Shown here: in pieces, positions 19,397-28,290 of the stretch
Layout: the number at the start of each line of letters is the position of its first letter
How positions within the stretch are numbered: the stretch's first letter is position 1
Source of the DNA: an uncultured bacterium
Lineage (GTDB): Bacteria; UBP6; UBA1177
DNA length: 64,000 bases
Assembly (NCBI GenBank): GCA_905233945.1
Contig: CAJOFY010000022.1
Span: 1,490-65,489 of the forward strand
Direction of reading: 5' to 3'
Notes under the pieces: generated by a model
Databases searched by the model: none
What the model was told of the DNA's origin: nothing
The model's input: the letters and a program-made list of their open reading frames with translations, nothing else
Translations under genes and position numbers: made by a program

Positions 19397-20287
19397 CTAT
19401 CCTTTTACACCGCCGGCAGTAAGACCGCCGATGAGACTTTTCTGGAGAATGAAAAAAAGAATCATAACGGGAAGTGAAACGATTATCGCGCCTGCTGCAA
19501 AGTGTCCCCACTCTGTCGAATAGCTTCCGACATAGTGCTGGAGCGTGACGGGAAGCGTGAAAGCCCTTTCGTCGCCCAGGAAAGTTGCAGCTAAAATGAA
19601 TTCGTTCCAAGCAGTCATGAAACTGAAAAGTGCCGTGACGACTATCGCCGGCTTCGCCAAAGGCATTACAATTTTTATAAAAATAGTCCACTGCGAAGCG
19701 CCGTCCATGATCGCGGCTTCCTCAAGATCCTTAGGGATCGTGTCAAAATAACCTTTCAGCATCCAGACGCAGAAGGGGATAGCAGTTGTCGAATAAACGA
19801 GAACGAGCCCTGCCATGCTGTTGAGAAGTCCCAGCTTGTCAAGCAGGATGTAAAGCGGAATCGCCATGACGACACCCGGAAACATCTGGCTTACGAGAAA
19901 CATTTTCATTCCGAAATTCTTGCCCGGGAATTCAAAACGCGAAAACGCGTAACCCGCCGTAGTTGCAAGGGTTATGCCGAGAAGTGTCGTCGCCGCAGAA
20001 ATTACGACGCTGTTTAAAAACTGCCTTCCGAAAAGCCAGCTTCCGTTTGAATCTGTCGTAAAAATGACGTCTTTGAAGTTGCTCAAAGTAAACTCTGTCG
20101 GAATCGGATTTGCAGAAAGCGAGAAACCCTGGCCGCTGGAAAGAGCCATTTTTATGACCCACAGCACTGGATAAATCACTATTGCGCATATCAGAATCAA
20201 CGAAAGATGCATTAAAATCATCTTTCCGGTACTGACCTCTTTTTTTGCCATGAAACACCTCCAAAACAAACGCGGTATTTTACTCAA
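19397..20287 (-). CDS. carbohydrate ABC-transporter permease (MalG/AraQ-like); start possibly at the internal Met (MAKKEV…)
   Basis: Six TM segments; EAAxxDGA signature loop (EEAAIMDGAS); no cognate ATPase, second permease or binding protein adjacent. Confidence 0.7.
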   Translation of the reverse strand: MSKIPRLFWRCFMAKKEVSTGKMILMHLSLILICAIVIYPVLWVIKMALSSGQGFSLSANPIPTEFTLSNFKDVIFTTDSNGSWLFGRQFLNSVVISAATTLLGITLATTAGYAFSRFEFPGKNFGMKMFLVSQMFPGVVMAIPLYILLDKLGLLNSMAGLVLVYSTTAIPFCVWMLKGYFDTIPKDLEEAAIMDGASQWTIFIKIVMPLAKPAIVVTALFSFMTAWNEFILAATFLGDERAFTLPVTLQHYVGSYSTEWGHFAAGAIIVSLPVMILFFILQKSLIGGLTAGGVKG

Positions 20288-20469
20288 AAAATAAAAAATA
20301 GACAGATTTCAGCCGAAAAAAACGGCTCTCCGGCAGAACGCAGCGCAATTTATCCAATAAAATCAATAAATTATAAAATAAAACCTGTAAAAGTTTGACA
20401 TATTTAGAGTTTTCACTATTATACCGCCGTTTTTCTGGTTCGTTACAGAAACGATTTCTTGAGTTGAAT

Positions 20470-20545
20470 GGGTCGGTAGCTCAGATGGAAGAGCATCTGA
20501 CTTTTAATCAGGGGGTCGCGGGTCCGAGTCCCGCCCGACCCACCA
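20470..20545 (+). tRNA. tRNA-Lys (anticodon TTT)
   Basis: GGGTCGGTAGCTCAGATGG…; anticodon loop CTTTTAA; CCA encoded. Confidence 0.8.
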
Positions 20546-20565
20546 TTCGCTCTCACTTTTTTGGT

Positions 20566-20640
20566 GACCTTTTCGTCTAGTGGTTAGGACATCGGCCTTT
20601 CACGCCGGTAACGGGGGTTCGAGTCCCCCAAAGGTCGCCA
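20566..20640 (+). tRNA. tRNA-Glu (anticodon TTC)
   Basis: GACCTTTTCGTCTAGTGGTTAGGAC…; anticodon loop CTTTCAC; architecture parallels E. coli tRNA-Glu. Confidence 0.75.
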
Positions 20641-20784
20641 TTTTTTTTGCCCTGAAACGGCGCTTTTCAGTCAAAAAACTTCTGCAAAATTAAAAATAAA
20701 GGTCGAATTTTTTTTAATATTTGTTATAATGCCCCGCTTTTTTGGTTTGTGTTGCAGATTTTAACCGATAAATCGGAGGCAAAA

Positions 20785-22035
20785 ATGTCAAAGGCACTTG
20801 TAATGATTCTCGCAGGCGGTCAGGGAAAAAGGCTTGCTCCGCTTACTTCCGACAGGGCGAAACCAGCGGTTCCGTTCGGCGGTTCCTACCGCATCATCGA
20901 CTTTGTTCTGAGTAATTTCGTCAATTCCGGCTTTATGCAGATCAAGGTTCTGACGCAGTTTATGAGCGACTCCTTAATCCAGCACATTTCGAGAAACTGG
21001 GGACTTTCGCCGCGTTTCAACCAGTATGTTGACTCAGTTCCTGCTCAGATGCGTACCGGCGACAACTGGTATCTTGGCAGTGCCGACGCGATTTATCAGA
21101 ATCTGAATCTTATCAGGGACGAGTCTCCGAAGAATGTTTTTGTTTTCAGCGGCGATCATATCTATAAAATGGATATTTCGCAGATGTACACATACCACAA
21201 CATCAAAAACGCCGACATGACGATTGCGGCTCTGCCCGTTCCGATCAAAGAGGCGAGCGCTTTCGGCGTTATCGAGATAGATGAGGATTACCGTATGATC
21301 GGATTTGAGGAAAAACCGAAAAATCCGAAACCAATTCCTGGGAAACCTGATTACGCGCTTGTCAGTATGGGAAACTATCTTTTCTCGCGGGAAGTTCTTG
21401 TAAATGCGGTTACGAATGATGCTAAAGATCCGATGAGTGAACACGATTTCGGCAAAAATGTCATTCCTGCGCTTTATCCCTACAAACGGGTCTACGTTTA
21501 CGATTTCCTCAAAAACACGATTTATATGCCGGACGAAAACGAGTACGAAAAACCTTACTGGCGCGATGTCGGAACGATAAAAAGCTACTTTGAGGCACAC
21601 ATGGATCTTGTTTCGGTCTCACCGGCAATCAACCTCTACAACCGCCACTGGCCGATTTTCGGTTTTCCGGAAGTTAATATGCCGCCGGCGAAATTCGTTT
21701 TTGCCGACAAGGAGCACAAAAGGCTCGGAATCGCGACCGATTCGCTTGTTTCGGAAGGGTGTATCATAAGCGGCGGCAGCGTAAACCGCTCAGTCCTTTC
21801 GCCCGGAGTCAGGGTAAACAGTTACAGCCAGCTTGACCAGTGCGTAATTCTGAACAATGTTAAAATTGGGCGTTATTGCAAGCTCAAAAACGTCATCGTC
21901 GATAAAAATGTCGTCATTCCTCCCGACACGACAATCGGTTACGACCTCAAGAAAGACGCTGAGCGCGGTTTCACCGTAACAGAAGAGGGGATCGTTGTTG
22001 TTCCGAAAGGTTACAACTTTCAGGAGGACAGATAG
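20785..22035 (+). CDS. glgC: glucose-1-phosphate adenylyltransferase
   Basis: ILAGGQGKRL nucleotide-binding motif; GGAGG RBS before ATG 20785; C-terminal left-handed beta-helix hexapeptide repeats. Confidence 0.9.
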   Translation: MSKALVMILAGGQGKRLAPLTSDRAKPAVPFGGSYRIIDFVLSNFVNSGFMQIKVLTQFMSDSLIQHISRNWGLSPRFNQYVDSVPAQMRTGDNWYLGSADAIYQNLNLIRDESPKNVFVFSGDHIYKMDISQMYTYHNIKNADMTIAALPVPIKEASAFGVIEIDEDYRMIGFEEKPKNPKPIPGKPDYALVSMGNYLFSREVLVNAVTNDAKDPMSEHDFGKNVIPALYPYKRVYVYDFLKNTIYMPDENEYEKPYWRDVGTIKSYFEAHMDLVSVSPAINLYNRHWPIFGFPEVNMPPAKFVFADKEHKRLGIATDSLVSEGCIISGGSVNRSVLSPGVRVNSYSQLDQCVILNNVKIGRYCKLKNVIVDKNVVIPPDTTIGYDLKKDAERGFTVTEEGIVVVPKGYNFQEDR

Positions 22036-22038
22036 TCC

Positions 22039-24210
22039 ATGACCGAACTCGTTTTTCTGTGGCATATGCACCAGCCTTTTTACAAAGACTGCATCAGAAA
22101 CAAATATCTGATGCCGTGGGTCAGGCTTCATGCGCTGAAAGGCTACTACGATCTTCCCCTCGCGATGGAAAAATACGGTGTCCGCGGAGTCGTCAACGTT
22201 GTTCCGTCACTTATTGAGCAGCTCAAAGACTACGCCGAGAACAGCGTTTCTGATGCATGGCTCGAGCATACTCTTCTTGATCCCGCCGAAATGAAAGAGG
22301 AACAGAAAGCGTTTGTCGTAAAAAACTTTTTCATGCTGAACTGGGACAGATTGGTCAGAACTTCACCGCGTTACAACGAGCTCTTGGGCAAAAGGCTCCG
22401 TTACGAAAAAAAGCTTGACTGGGTAGAAACTGCGAAACTTTTTTCGGATGAAGAAATTCTTGATCTTCAGGTGCTTTTCAACCTGAAATGGTTCGGTTTC
22501 ATGGCAAGAGAGAAGTTCGAAAAACTTGTCGAACTTGACAGAAAAGACTGCGGTTTCACGAAGAACGACAAAGAGGATCTGCTTGAAATCCAGCGGAAAG
22601 TCCTGCGCGAGATAATTCCGCTTTACAGGCGTCTTGCCGAAGAAAAAGTGATTGAAATTTCCTTCACCCCTTTCTATCACCCGATTTTTCCGCTCGTTTA
22701 CGATACCGACATCGCGAAAAGATGCATGGATTCTCCGCTTCCTGCAAAATATTCTTATCCCGAGGATGCAAAATGGCACCTTGAAGAGGGAAAACGTTAC
22801 AGCGAGGAAACATGGGGAAAAAATATCGATGGAATGTGGCCGGCTGAAGGTTCCGTATCGCCTGAAATAATCGAAGCCGCTGCAAATGCAGGGGTAAAAT
22901 GGCTCGCGACTGACGAAACGATACTTATGAAATCGCTCGGAAATTCCGACAAGGCAAAAGTGCTTTACACGCCTTATCTTCTGAAATCGGAGAAAAATCA
23001 GAGCGTTGCCGCTTTTTTCCGTGACAAATATCTTTCCGATCTGCTGGGATTCTCGTTTTCGCAGATGAAGCCGGAACAGGCTGCCGATATTTTTGTAAAC
23101 TATGTGAAAAACGCGGCGGCGAATTTTCACGGCAGCAGAGAAGCTGTCGTTTCAGTCATTATGGACGGCGAGAACGCATGGGAATCTTATCCTGACAACG
23201 GCGAGCATTTCTTAAAAGAGCTCTTTACAAGACTGAAAAACGATTCAGAAATAAAAACGACAACTTTCGGTGATATAGTTTCGCGGGGAACGGACAAATT
23301 TCCTATTGTTGACAATTTATATTCCGGTTCGTGGATCAACGGAAACTACGAAATTTGGATCGGAAACGAAGAGGACAATTCGGCATGGGGTTATCTCAAG
23401 CGTGTCCGCGATTTCTATACGAAATACAGCCTTAACCACGTTGTCGAGCCGCAGATTCACAATGAAGTCATGCGATGCTTCTACCGTGCTGAGGGAAGCG
23501 ACTGGTTCTGGTGGTACGGTCCGCAGTTTTCAACTGAAAACGACTGGCTTTTCGACCGTCTTTTCAGGCGGCACCTGCGCAGAGTCTACAATCTGCTCGG
23601 GATGAACTACCCGACATTCCTTGATATTCCTATTTCGTCAAATTCGGAAACAAGCCTTTTTGTAGATCCGACGACCGAGATAAACCCGATAATTTCGGGC
23701 AGAAATAACGGCTATTACGAATGGGCCGGAGCGGGATTTTTCGAAAATTCGCGGAAAGCGGGCGGCGCGATGTACAATTCGATAAAACTTGTTGACAAAA
23801 TTCTTTACGGATTCAACCGCGAAAAACTGTTTTTCAGAATCCAGCTTACGAATCCGATGCATTTCTACGAACACAAAAAATACTTTATCAAAGGATTTTT
23901 GATGGATCACCAGAACATCGATTTTGCCCTTCCGATGGTCCGTATCGAAAAAACGCCTTTCCTTATCCACTGCAGCAACGAATCCGGCAGAGTCGCGGAT
24001 ATGGTCGGTGCAGGCGAGGCCGCTTTCGACGAAGTGATGGAATTTTCGCTTTATTCCAAAAAAATCGGTCTCAAAGCGGGCGAAAAAGCGAAAGTCTACT
24101 TCAAAATCCTCTCAAACGAAGGAATCGAACTCGAAAGAATCCCCGGAAACGGTTCTATTGAAGTAACTGTTCCCGATGATGCAGCCCTTTTCAAACTCTG
24201 GGACGTGTAG
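22039..24210 (+). CDS. glycoside hydrolase family 57 alpha-glucan enzyme (amylase/branching/glucanotransferase type)
   Basis: N-terminal WHMHQPFY GH57 signature; 723 aa; RBS overlaps the glgC stop. Confidence 0.75.
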   Translation: MTELVFLWHMHQPFYKDCIRNKYLMPWVRLHALKGYYDLPLAMEKYGVRGVVNVVPSLIEQLKDYAENSVSDAWLEHTLLDPAEMKEEQKAFVVKNFFMLNWDRLVRTSPRYNELLGKRLRYEKKLDWVETAKLFSDEEILDLQVLFNLKWFGFMAREKFEKLVELDRKDCGFTKNDKEDLLEIQRKVLREIIPLYRRLAEEKVIEISFTPFYHPIFPLVYDTDIAKRCMDSPLPAKYSYPEDAKWHLEEGKRYSEETWGKNIDGMWPAEGSVSPEIIEAAANAGVKWLATDETILMKSLGNSDKAKVLYTPYLLKSEKNQSVAAFFRDKYLSDLLGFSFSQMKPEQAADIFVNYVKNAAANFHGSREAVVSVIMDGENAWESYPDNGEHFLKELFTRLKNDSEIKTTTFGDIVSRGTDKFPIVDNLYSGSWINGNYEIWIGNEEDNSAWGYLKRVRDFYTKYSLNHVVEPQIHNEVMRCFYRAEGSDWFWWYGPQFSTENDWLFDRLFRRHLRRVYNLLGMNYPTFLDIPISSNSETSLFVDPTTEINPIISGRNNGYYEWAGAGFFENSRKAGGAMYNSIKLVDKILYGFNREKLFFRIQLTNPMHFYEHKKYFIKGFLMDHQNIDFALPMVRIEKTPFLIHCSNESGRVADMVGAGEAAFDEVMEFSLYSKKIGLKAGEKAKVYFKILSNEGIELERIPGNGSIEVTVPDDAALFKLWDV

Positions 24211-24217
24211 GAGAGAT

Positions 24218-25390
24218 ATGGAACTTAGAAACAAACTTGAAAAGAATTTTCTGAAATTCCCTTTTGAGCTTTTTGATGCGATTTTTTCGCAGAAAAGTTT
24301 CATCGACATAGAAAGGCTTAATGTCCACGACAGGGAATCTGGGCTTCTTTTCATAAAAAATTACGGCTACGACATAACTGATCCTGAGATTGCGGAGACG
24401 GTTTCATCGATTCTTAGCGAGGCCAAAACTTTTATTCAGAGCTATCTTTCGGAAGATCCAGAGGGAAAAACGGAAACTTTGATAATTCCGCCCGATATTC
24501 TGTGCGACGACGATATAGTGAGTCTTCTGATAAAGGCTTCGGAAAAGGAAAAAACGCTTGAGCAGGCCTGGGCATGCGCTGTTCTCCGGGTTGCCCACAC
24601 GATAACGCATGTCGAAAACGACCTCGCGAAAAGTTTTATGCCGGGGATCAGAAACCAGATTTACAAACGGTTCAGCTCGCACTTGAACGGCAACGCTGCG
24701 GGAGGATATTTTCTCGGAACCGGTGATGACGCAATAAAACTTAAACTTTTCGAGATAAAGAACGACAAGTCGCGTGACAGCCTGATTCTGAAACTTCTCC
24801 ACAAAAAGGAGAATGTCACTGCCGACATTTTCGACCGCGTCGGAGTCAGGATCGTAACCTATACAAAACTCGACATCATCCTTGTCCTCAGGTATTTCGC
24901 GACGAACCATGTCATTTCGTTCGCCAACATCAAGCCGAGCAGGACGAAAAACAACGTCGTCAACATTCCGCGTTTCATCGAAGGCGTCGAAGAACTGAAA
25001 TCGCACGACCTTTCGTCGTGGTCACAGGAAGACGTTGCCGAATTTCTTGAAAAATATCTCGAGATTCCGCCCGAGGAAAAGGAGGAAATTACAAAAAGAA
25101 ACATTGAGGAGACAAACCTCTATTCTTCGACTTCATACTCTTCGATCCAGCTTACGAGCCGACTTCTCATAACTATGGAAGATCCGATAAATCCTGCAAA
25201 ACCGACTTACCGCTTTTTCTTCCCTTTCGAAGTACAGATTCTGGACGAGGAGAGTTTTATCGAAAGCCGCTCGGGACGCGCAAACCATGAAGAATACAAG
25301 AAAAATCAGCTCGTAGCCGCGAGAAAGCGCGTTTTGACAAATGTTCTACGCTATCAGAGACAGCATCCATGGGAAACGGAAATAAAATAA
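24218..25390 (+). CDS. RelA/SpoT-domain nucleotidyltransferase-like protein with ~200-aa N-terminal extension
   Basis: Motifs resembling the (p)ppGpp synthetase fold: DIFDRVGVRIV (cf. DhxGxRhh), SYSSIQLT (cf. GYRSLH), FEVQILDEE (cf. EVQIRT); AGGAGAG RBS before ATG 24218. Confidence 0.45.
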   Translation: MELRNKLEKNFLKFPFELFDAIFSQKSFIDIERLNVHDRESGLLFIKNYGYDITDPEIAETVSSILSEAKTFIQSYLSEDPEGKTETLIIPPDILCDDDIVSLLIKASEKEKTLEQAWACAVLRVAHTITHVENDLAKSFMPGIRNQIYKRFSSHLNGNAAGGYFLGTGDDAIKLKLFEIKNDKSRDSLILKLLHKKENVTADIFDRVGVRIVTYTKLDIILVLRYFATNHVISFANIKPSRTKNNVVNIPRFIEGVEELKSHDLSSWSQEDVAEFLEKYLEIPPEEKEEITKRNIEETNLYSSTSYSSIQLTSRLLITMEDPINPAKPTYRFFFPFEVQILDEESFIESRSGRANHEEYKKNQLVAARKRVLTNVLRYQRQHPWETEIK

Positions 25391-25404
25391 TTTTGGAGGT
25401 TATT

Positions 25405-25941
25405 ATGAAGAAATTTTTCATGTTTTTTGCAATTTTGCTTGTTTCGTCGCTGGTTTTCGCACAGAATGCGACGATAACTCTCAAAAACGGCAAAACAATT
25501 TCGGGAAAAATCGTAAAAATCGAGGCAGCTCAGCTCAGCAACACCAAGTCGCTTGCCGAAACGACAACTGTTATGGCGGCTCAGGGTGTGAACGAGCTCA
25601 TGCTCAAATTCGCCGACATCAAAGAGATCGATTTCAAAAGCAGTGACGATGTTTCCTGCTTTGAGGACGGCAGATTCGTTCCTGTGAGAAAATTCTGCTC
25701 AATGAAGTCGCTCTACCAGATTGTTCCGAAAGTCAAAGGCGAAAGCAAGGAAGCTATCGAAATCGAGGACGACAAGGTTTTCTTTTTCCACATCGAGGGT
25801 GAAAAATTGCCGGTTGCCGCGTTTTTCTACAAAATTCAAGTCAGCAACGAAGGAAACGAGAGCAAAAAAGACTATCCCGACCTTGAAAGGGAAGTCCTTT
25901 CACTCAGCAAAAACGGCGTTAAGAAAATAGTTTTCAATTAG
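25405..25941 (+). CDS. hypothetical secreted protein
   Basis: Signal peptide MKKFFMFFAILLVSSLVFA; no recognisable catalytic motif. Confidence 0.4.
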   Translation: MKKFFMFFAILLVSSLVFAQNATITLKNGKTISGKIVKIEAAQLSNTKSLAETTTVMAAQGVNELMLKFADIKEIDFKSSDDVSCFEDGRFVPVRKFCSMKSLYQIVPKVKGESKEAIEIEDDKVFFFHIEGEKLPVAAFFYKIQVSNEGNESKKDYPDLEREVLSLSKNGVKKIVFN

Positions 25942-25949
25942 GAGGAACA

Positions 25950-26273
25950 ATGCTTATCCACGCAAACGAAGAGACTTTCCAGGCTGAAGTTATCGATTTC
26001 AAAGGTGTCGCAATCGTCGATTTCTGGGCGCAGTGGTGCGGACCGTGCAAAATGCTGGGACCAATTTTTGAAGAGCTTTCAAACGACTACGCAGACAATG
26101 CGAATGTCAAATTTGTAAAGGTCGATACGGACGAAAACATGGAACTTTCGTTCAAATACAGAATCCGCGGAATTCCCTGCATCAAAGTTTTCAAAAACGG
26201 CGAAGAAGTTGAAACTTCGGTTGGTCTTGTTCCGAAAGAGGAACTGGAAGATTTAGTTAAAAGGAATCTGTGA
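25950..26273 (+). CDS. trxA: thioredoxin
   Basis: 107 aa; WCGPC active site. Confidence 0.9.
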   Translation: MLIHANEETFQAEVIDFKGVAIVDFWAQWCGPCKMLGPIFEELSNDYADNANVKFVKVDTDENMELSFKYRIRGIPCIKVFKNGEEVETSVGLVPKEELEDLVKRNL

Positions 26274-26277
26274 AGAT

Positions 26278-26420
26278 CGTTATTATCGAAAAGACGAAAA
26301 TAACGATTCGCGCCATGTCGTTTTTGTCGACGCCGCCAACATTTTGTCGTTATAACGTTATTCCGGTATAACGGGATACCGACACAGGGCGGCGAATCGA
26401 TAATAACGAAAAGAACGAAT
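26278..26420. repeat. ~143-bp palindromic intergenic element, copy A (paired inverted arms CGTTATTATCG…ACGATTCGCGCC / GGCGGCGAATCGATAATAACG; terminal TCGAWAAGAACG direct repeats)
   Basis: Homologous element at 50664-50783; lies between convergent trxA and beta-lactamase-family gene ends. Confidence 0.7.
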
Positions 26421-28271
26421 TTAATCGTTGTCCGGGATTTCATCATCGTCACCGGTTTCTTCCTGTTCTTCAGACTCTTCTTTCGGTGGATATTCGTCTT
26501 TTTCGGTGCATTCACGTTCCGCTCCGACAGTTCCATTTTGTCCTTTTTTGTGGCAGTGGCAGCCGGTGAGGTTCACGCTCGCATCCATCTTTGCGGTACC
26601 CCAGAGATGGTAGAATTCGGTTTTTGAGGGATTGGTGTCTTTTGCTATCCTGATGGATTTGTCGGTTCCGGTATCTTCAAGGTAATAGCAGAATTTATAG
26701 ACATATTCGTTCTCAAGATCGTAGAAATAGTCGTATTTTGTTACTACAAATTCTGTTATCGGCTGTCCGGTTCTTACCGCTTTGCGGAAATCGTCAAGAT
26801 AAATATCAATATCCGTGCGCTGCACCTTAAAAGGGCCGACATAATATTCTTTCGGCTCGATACATTCCTGTGCGATCTTTATAACGGTTCCTTCTGTTGT
26901 TGTCGGATATCTGAAGATATACTGGTTGCAGTAATAGTTGATATACGTATCTTCCGGATACGCAAAGTAGCCGATACCGTAATCCAGATTGTACACCGGC
27001 CAGTCGGTCATTATCGAATAAAGGGCAAAAATCTGGGTTTTGTCGCCGTCGTCAACAAGTTCGTTCCATGCAGGAAAATCGCTTTTCTTTTCTGCGGCAA
27101 TTCCGTCCATGAGAACATATTCCATTTCATCATTCAGGACATACATATCCTTGCTGTCGTTGAAATTGTTGAGGATTATATGGATTTCACCCGTTTCAGG
27201 ATAGTAGTAAAGCATTGAGTGTGAGGAAAAAACGTCGCCGCCGTGACCGTAGAATTTGCTGTGGGAACCCTGCCCCAGCTGTGTTCCGAGTCCGTAAACC
27301 GGCTCGCCTAAAAGTTCTGCCATATCAAGCATCTGGTTCATGCTGTCTTCGGAAAGAATCTCGCCGTTGAAAAGCGCGTGACCGTATTTGAAAAGGTCTT
27401 CGACATTGGAAATAAGAGAACCTGCAGTCCATGCTTTGTGCGGATATTTGTAAGGAACAAGATTTCCATAAGCATCATAGGCATGACCGTCAGCTTTTGC
27501 CGCTTCAGGACGGTCTTCCTCAAAACCTCCCATATAAGTATTTGTCAGCCCGAGCGGATTTATGATTTTCTCGCGGATGACTTCGTGCGCCGGCTTTCCG
27601 GCAACTTCACTCATGATAAGTCCGGCAAGAACATAGTTCGCGTTGATGTAAGTCCATGAGGTTCCCGGTTCGAAATCGAATCTGCCGTTGACATCTTCGA
27701 CGACATCCTCAGGATTCATGATATCCGACATCTCCATAATGCCCGAAGTGTGGTTGAGAAGCATTCTTACGGTGATAATCTCTCCTTTTTCAAAATCCGG
27801 GAACCATTTGTCTATTGTCTGGTCAAGGTCGATTTTCCCCTCTTCCTGCAAAAGAAGCATCGTGACAGCCGTGAAATTCTTGGTTATGCTGCCGACTTCA
27901 AAAAGATCGTCGGGCTGAAGCGGATCTTTCGTCTCGCTGTTGCGCACACCCAAAGCGAAAGAGGTGAGTTCGTCTGTTCCATATCCTACAACGGCACCTG
28001 TTCCGTGGGCAAAATTAAGATATTCTTCTGCCAGATTTCTGATGCTTTCGAGTTTTTCTTCTTCGGTGAGAGGCCGGTTTTCATTGCCTGAGTCACTGTC
28101 ATCTTCCGGTTCCTCTTCGTCGGTTTCCTCGGCATCGTTTCCTTCACTGTCCTGATCTTCCGAAACTTCGCCGGAATCAGGCTGTTCTTCGTTGTTCTTT
28201 GAGGAATTTCCGCAGCTTACACTGAAAAAAAACATCAAAAAAACGATGAACGCTGTCAGCAGTTTTTTCAT
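26421..28271 (-). CDS. beta-lactamase-family serine hydrolase lipoprotein with acidic N-terminal linker
   Basis: Lipobox SVSCG; D/E-rich linker; SxxK (GSITK) active-site motif; start set at the Met preceded by an AGGAG RBS (28271). Confidence 0.7.
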   Translation of the reverse strand: MKKLLTAFIVFLMFFFSVSCGNSSKNNEEQPDSGEVSEDQDSEGNDAEETDEEEPEDDSDSGNENRPLTEEEKLESIRNLAEEYLNFAHGTGAVVGYGTDELTSFALGVRNSETKDPLQPDDLFEVGSITKNFTAVTMLLLQEEGKIDLDQTIDKWFPDFEKGEIITVRMLLNHTSGIMEMSDIMNPEDVVEDVNGRFDFEPGTSWTYINANYVLAGLIMSEVAGKPAHEVIREKIINPLGLTNTYMGGFEEDRPEAAKADGHAYDAYGNLVPYKYPHKAWTAGSLISNVEDLFKYGHALFNGEILSEDSMNQMLDMAELLGEPVYGLGTQLGQGSHSKFYGHGGDVFSSHSMLYYYPETGEIHIILNNFNDSKDMYVLNDEMEYVLMDGIAAEKKSDFPAWNELVDDGDKTQIFALYSIMTDWPVYNLDYGIGYFAYPEDTYINYYCNQYIFRYPTTTEGTVIKIAQECIEPKEYYVGPFKVQRTDIDIYLDDFRKAVRTGQPITEFVVTKYDYFYDLENEYVYKFCYYLEDTGTDKSIRIAKDTNPSKTEFYHLWGTAKMDASVNLTGCHCHKKGQNGTVGAERECTEKDEYPPKEESEEQEETGDDDEIPDND

Positions 28272-28290
28272 GTCACTCTCCTGAATCTTT

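Noticed and set aside
20395-20580. 61-aa ORF on the plus strand
   Set aside because: Overlaps tRNA-Lys(TTT) and tRNA-Glu(TTC); spurious.
22363-23130. 255-aa minus-strand ORF
   Set aside because: Antisense to the GH57 gene.
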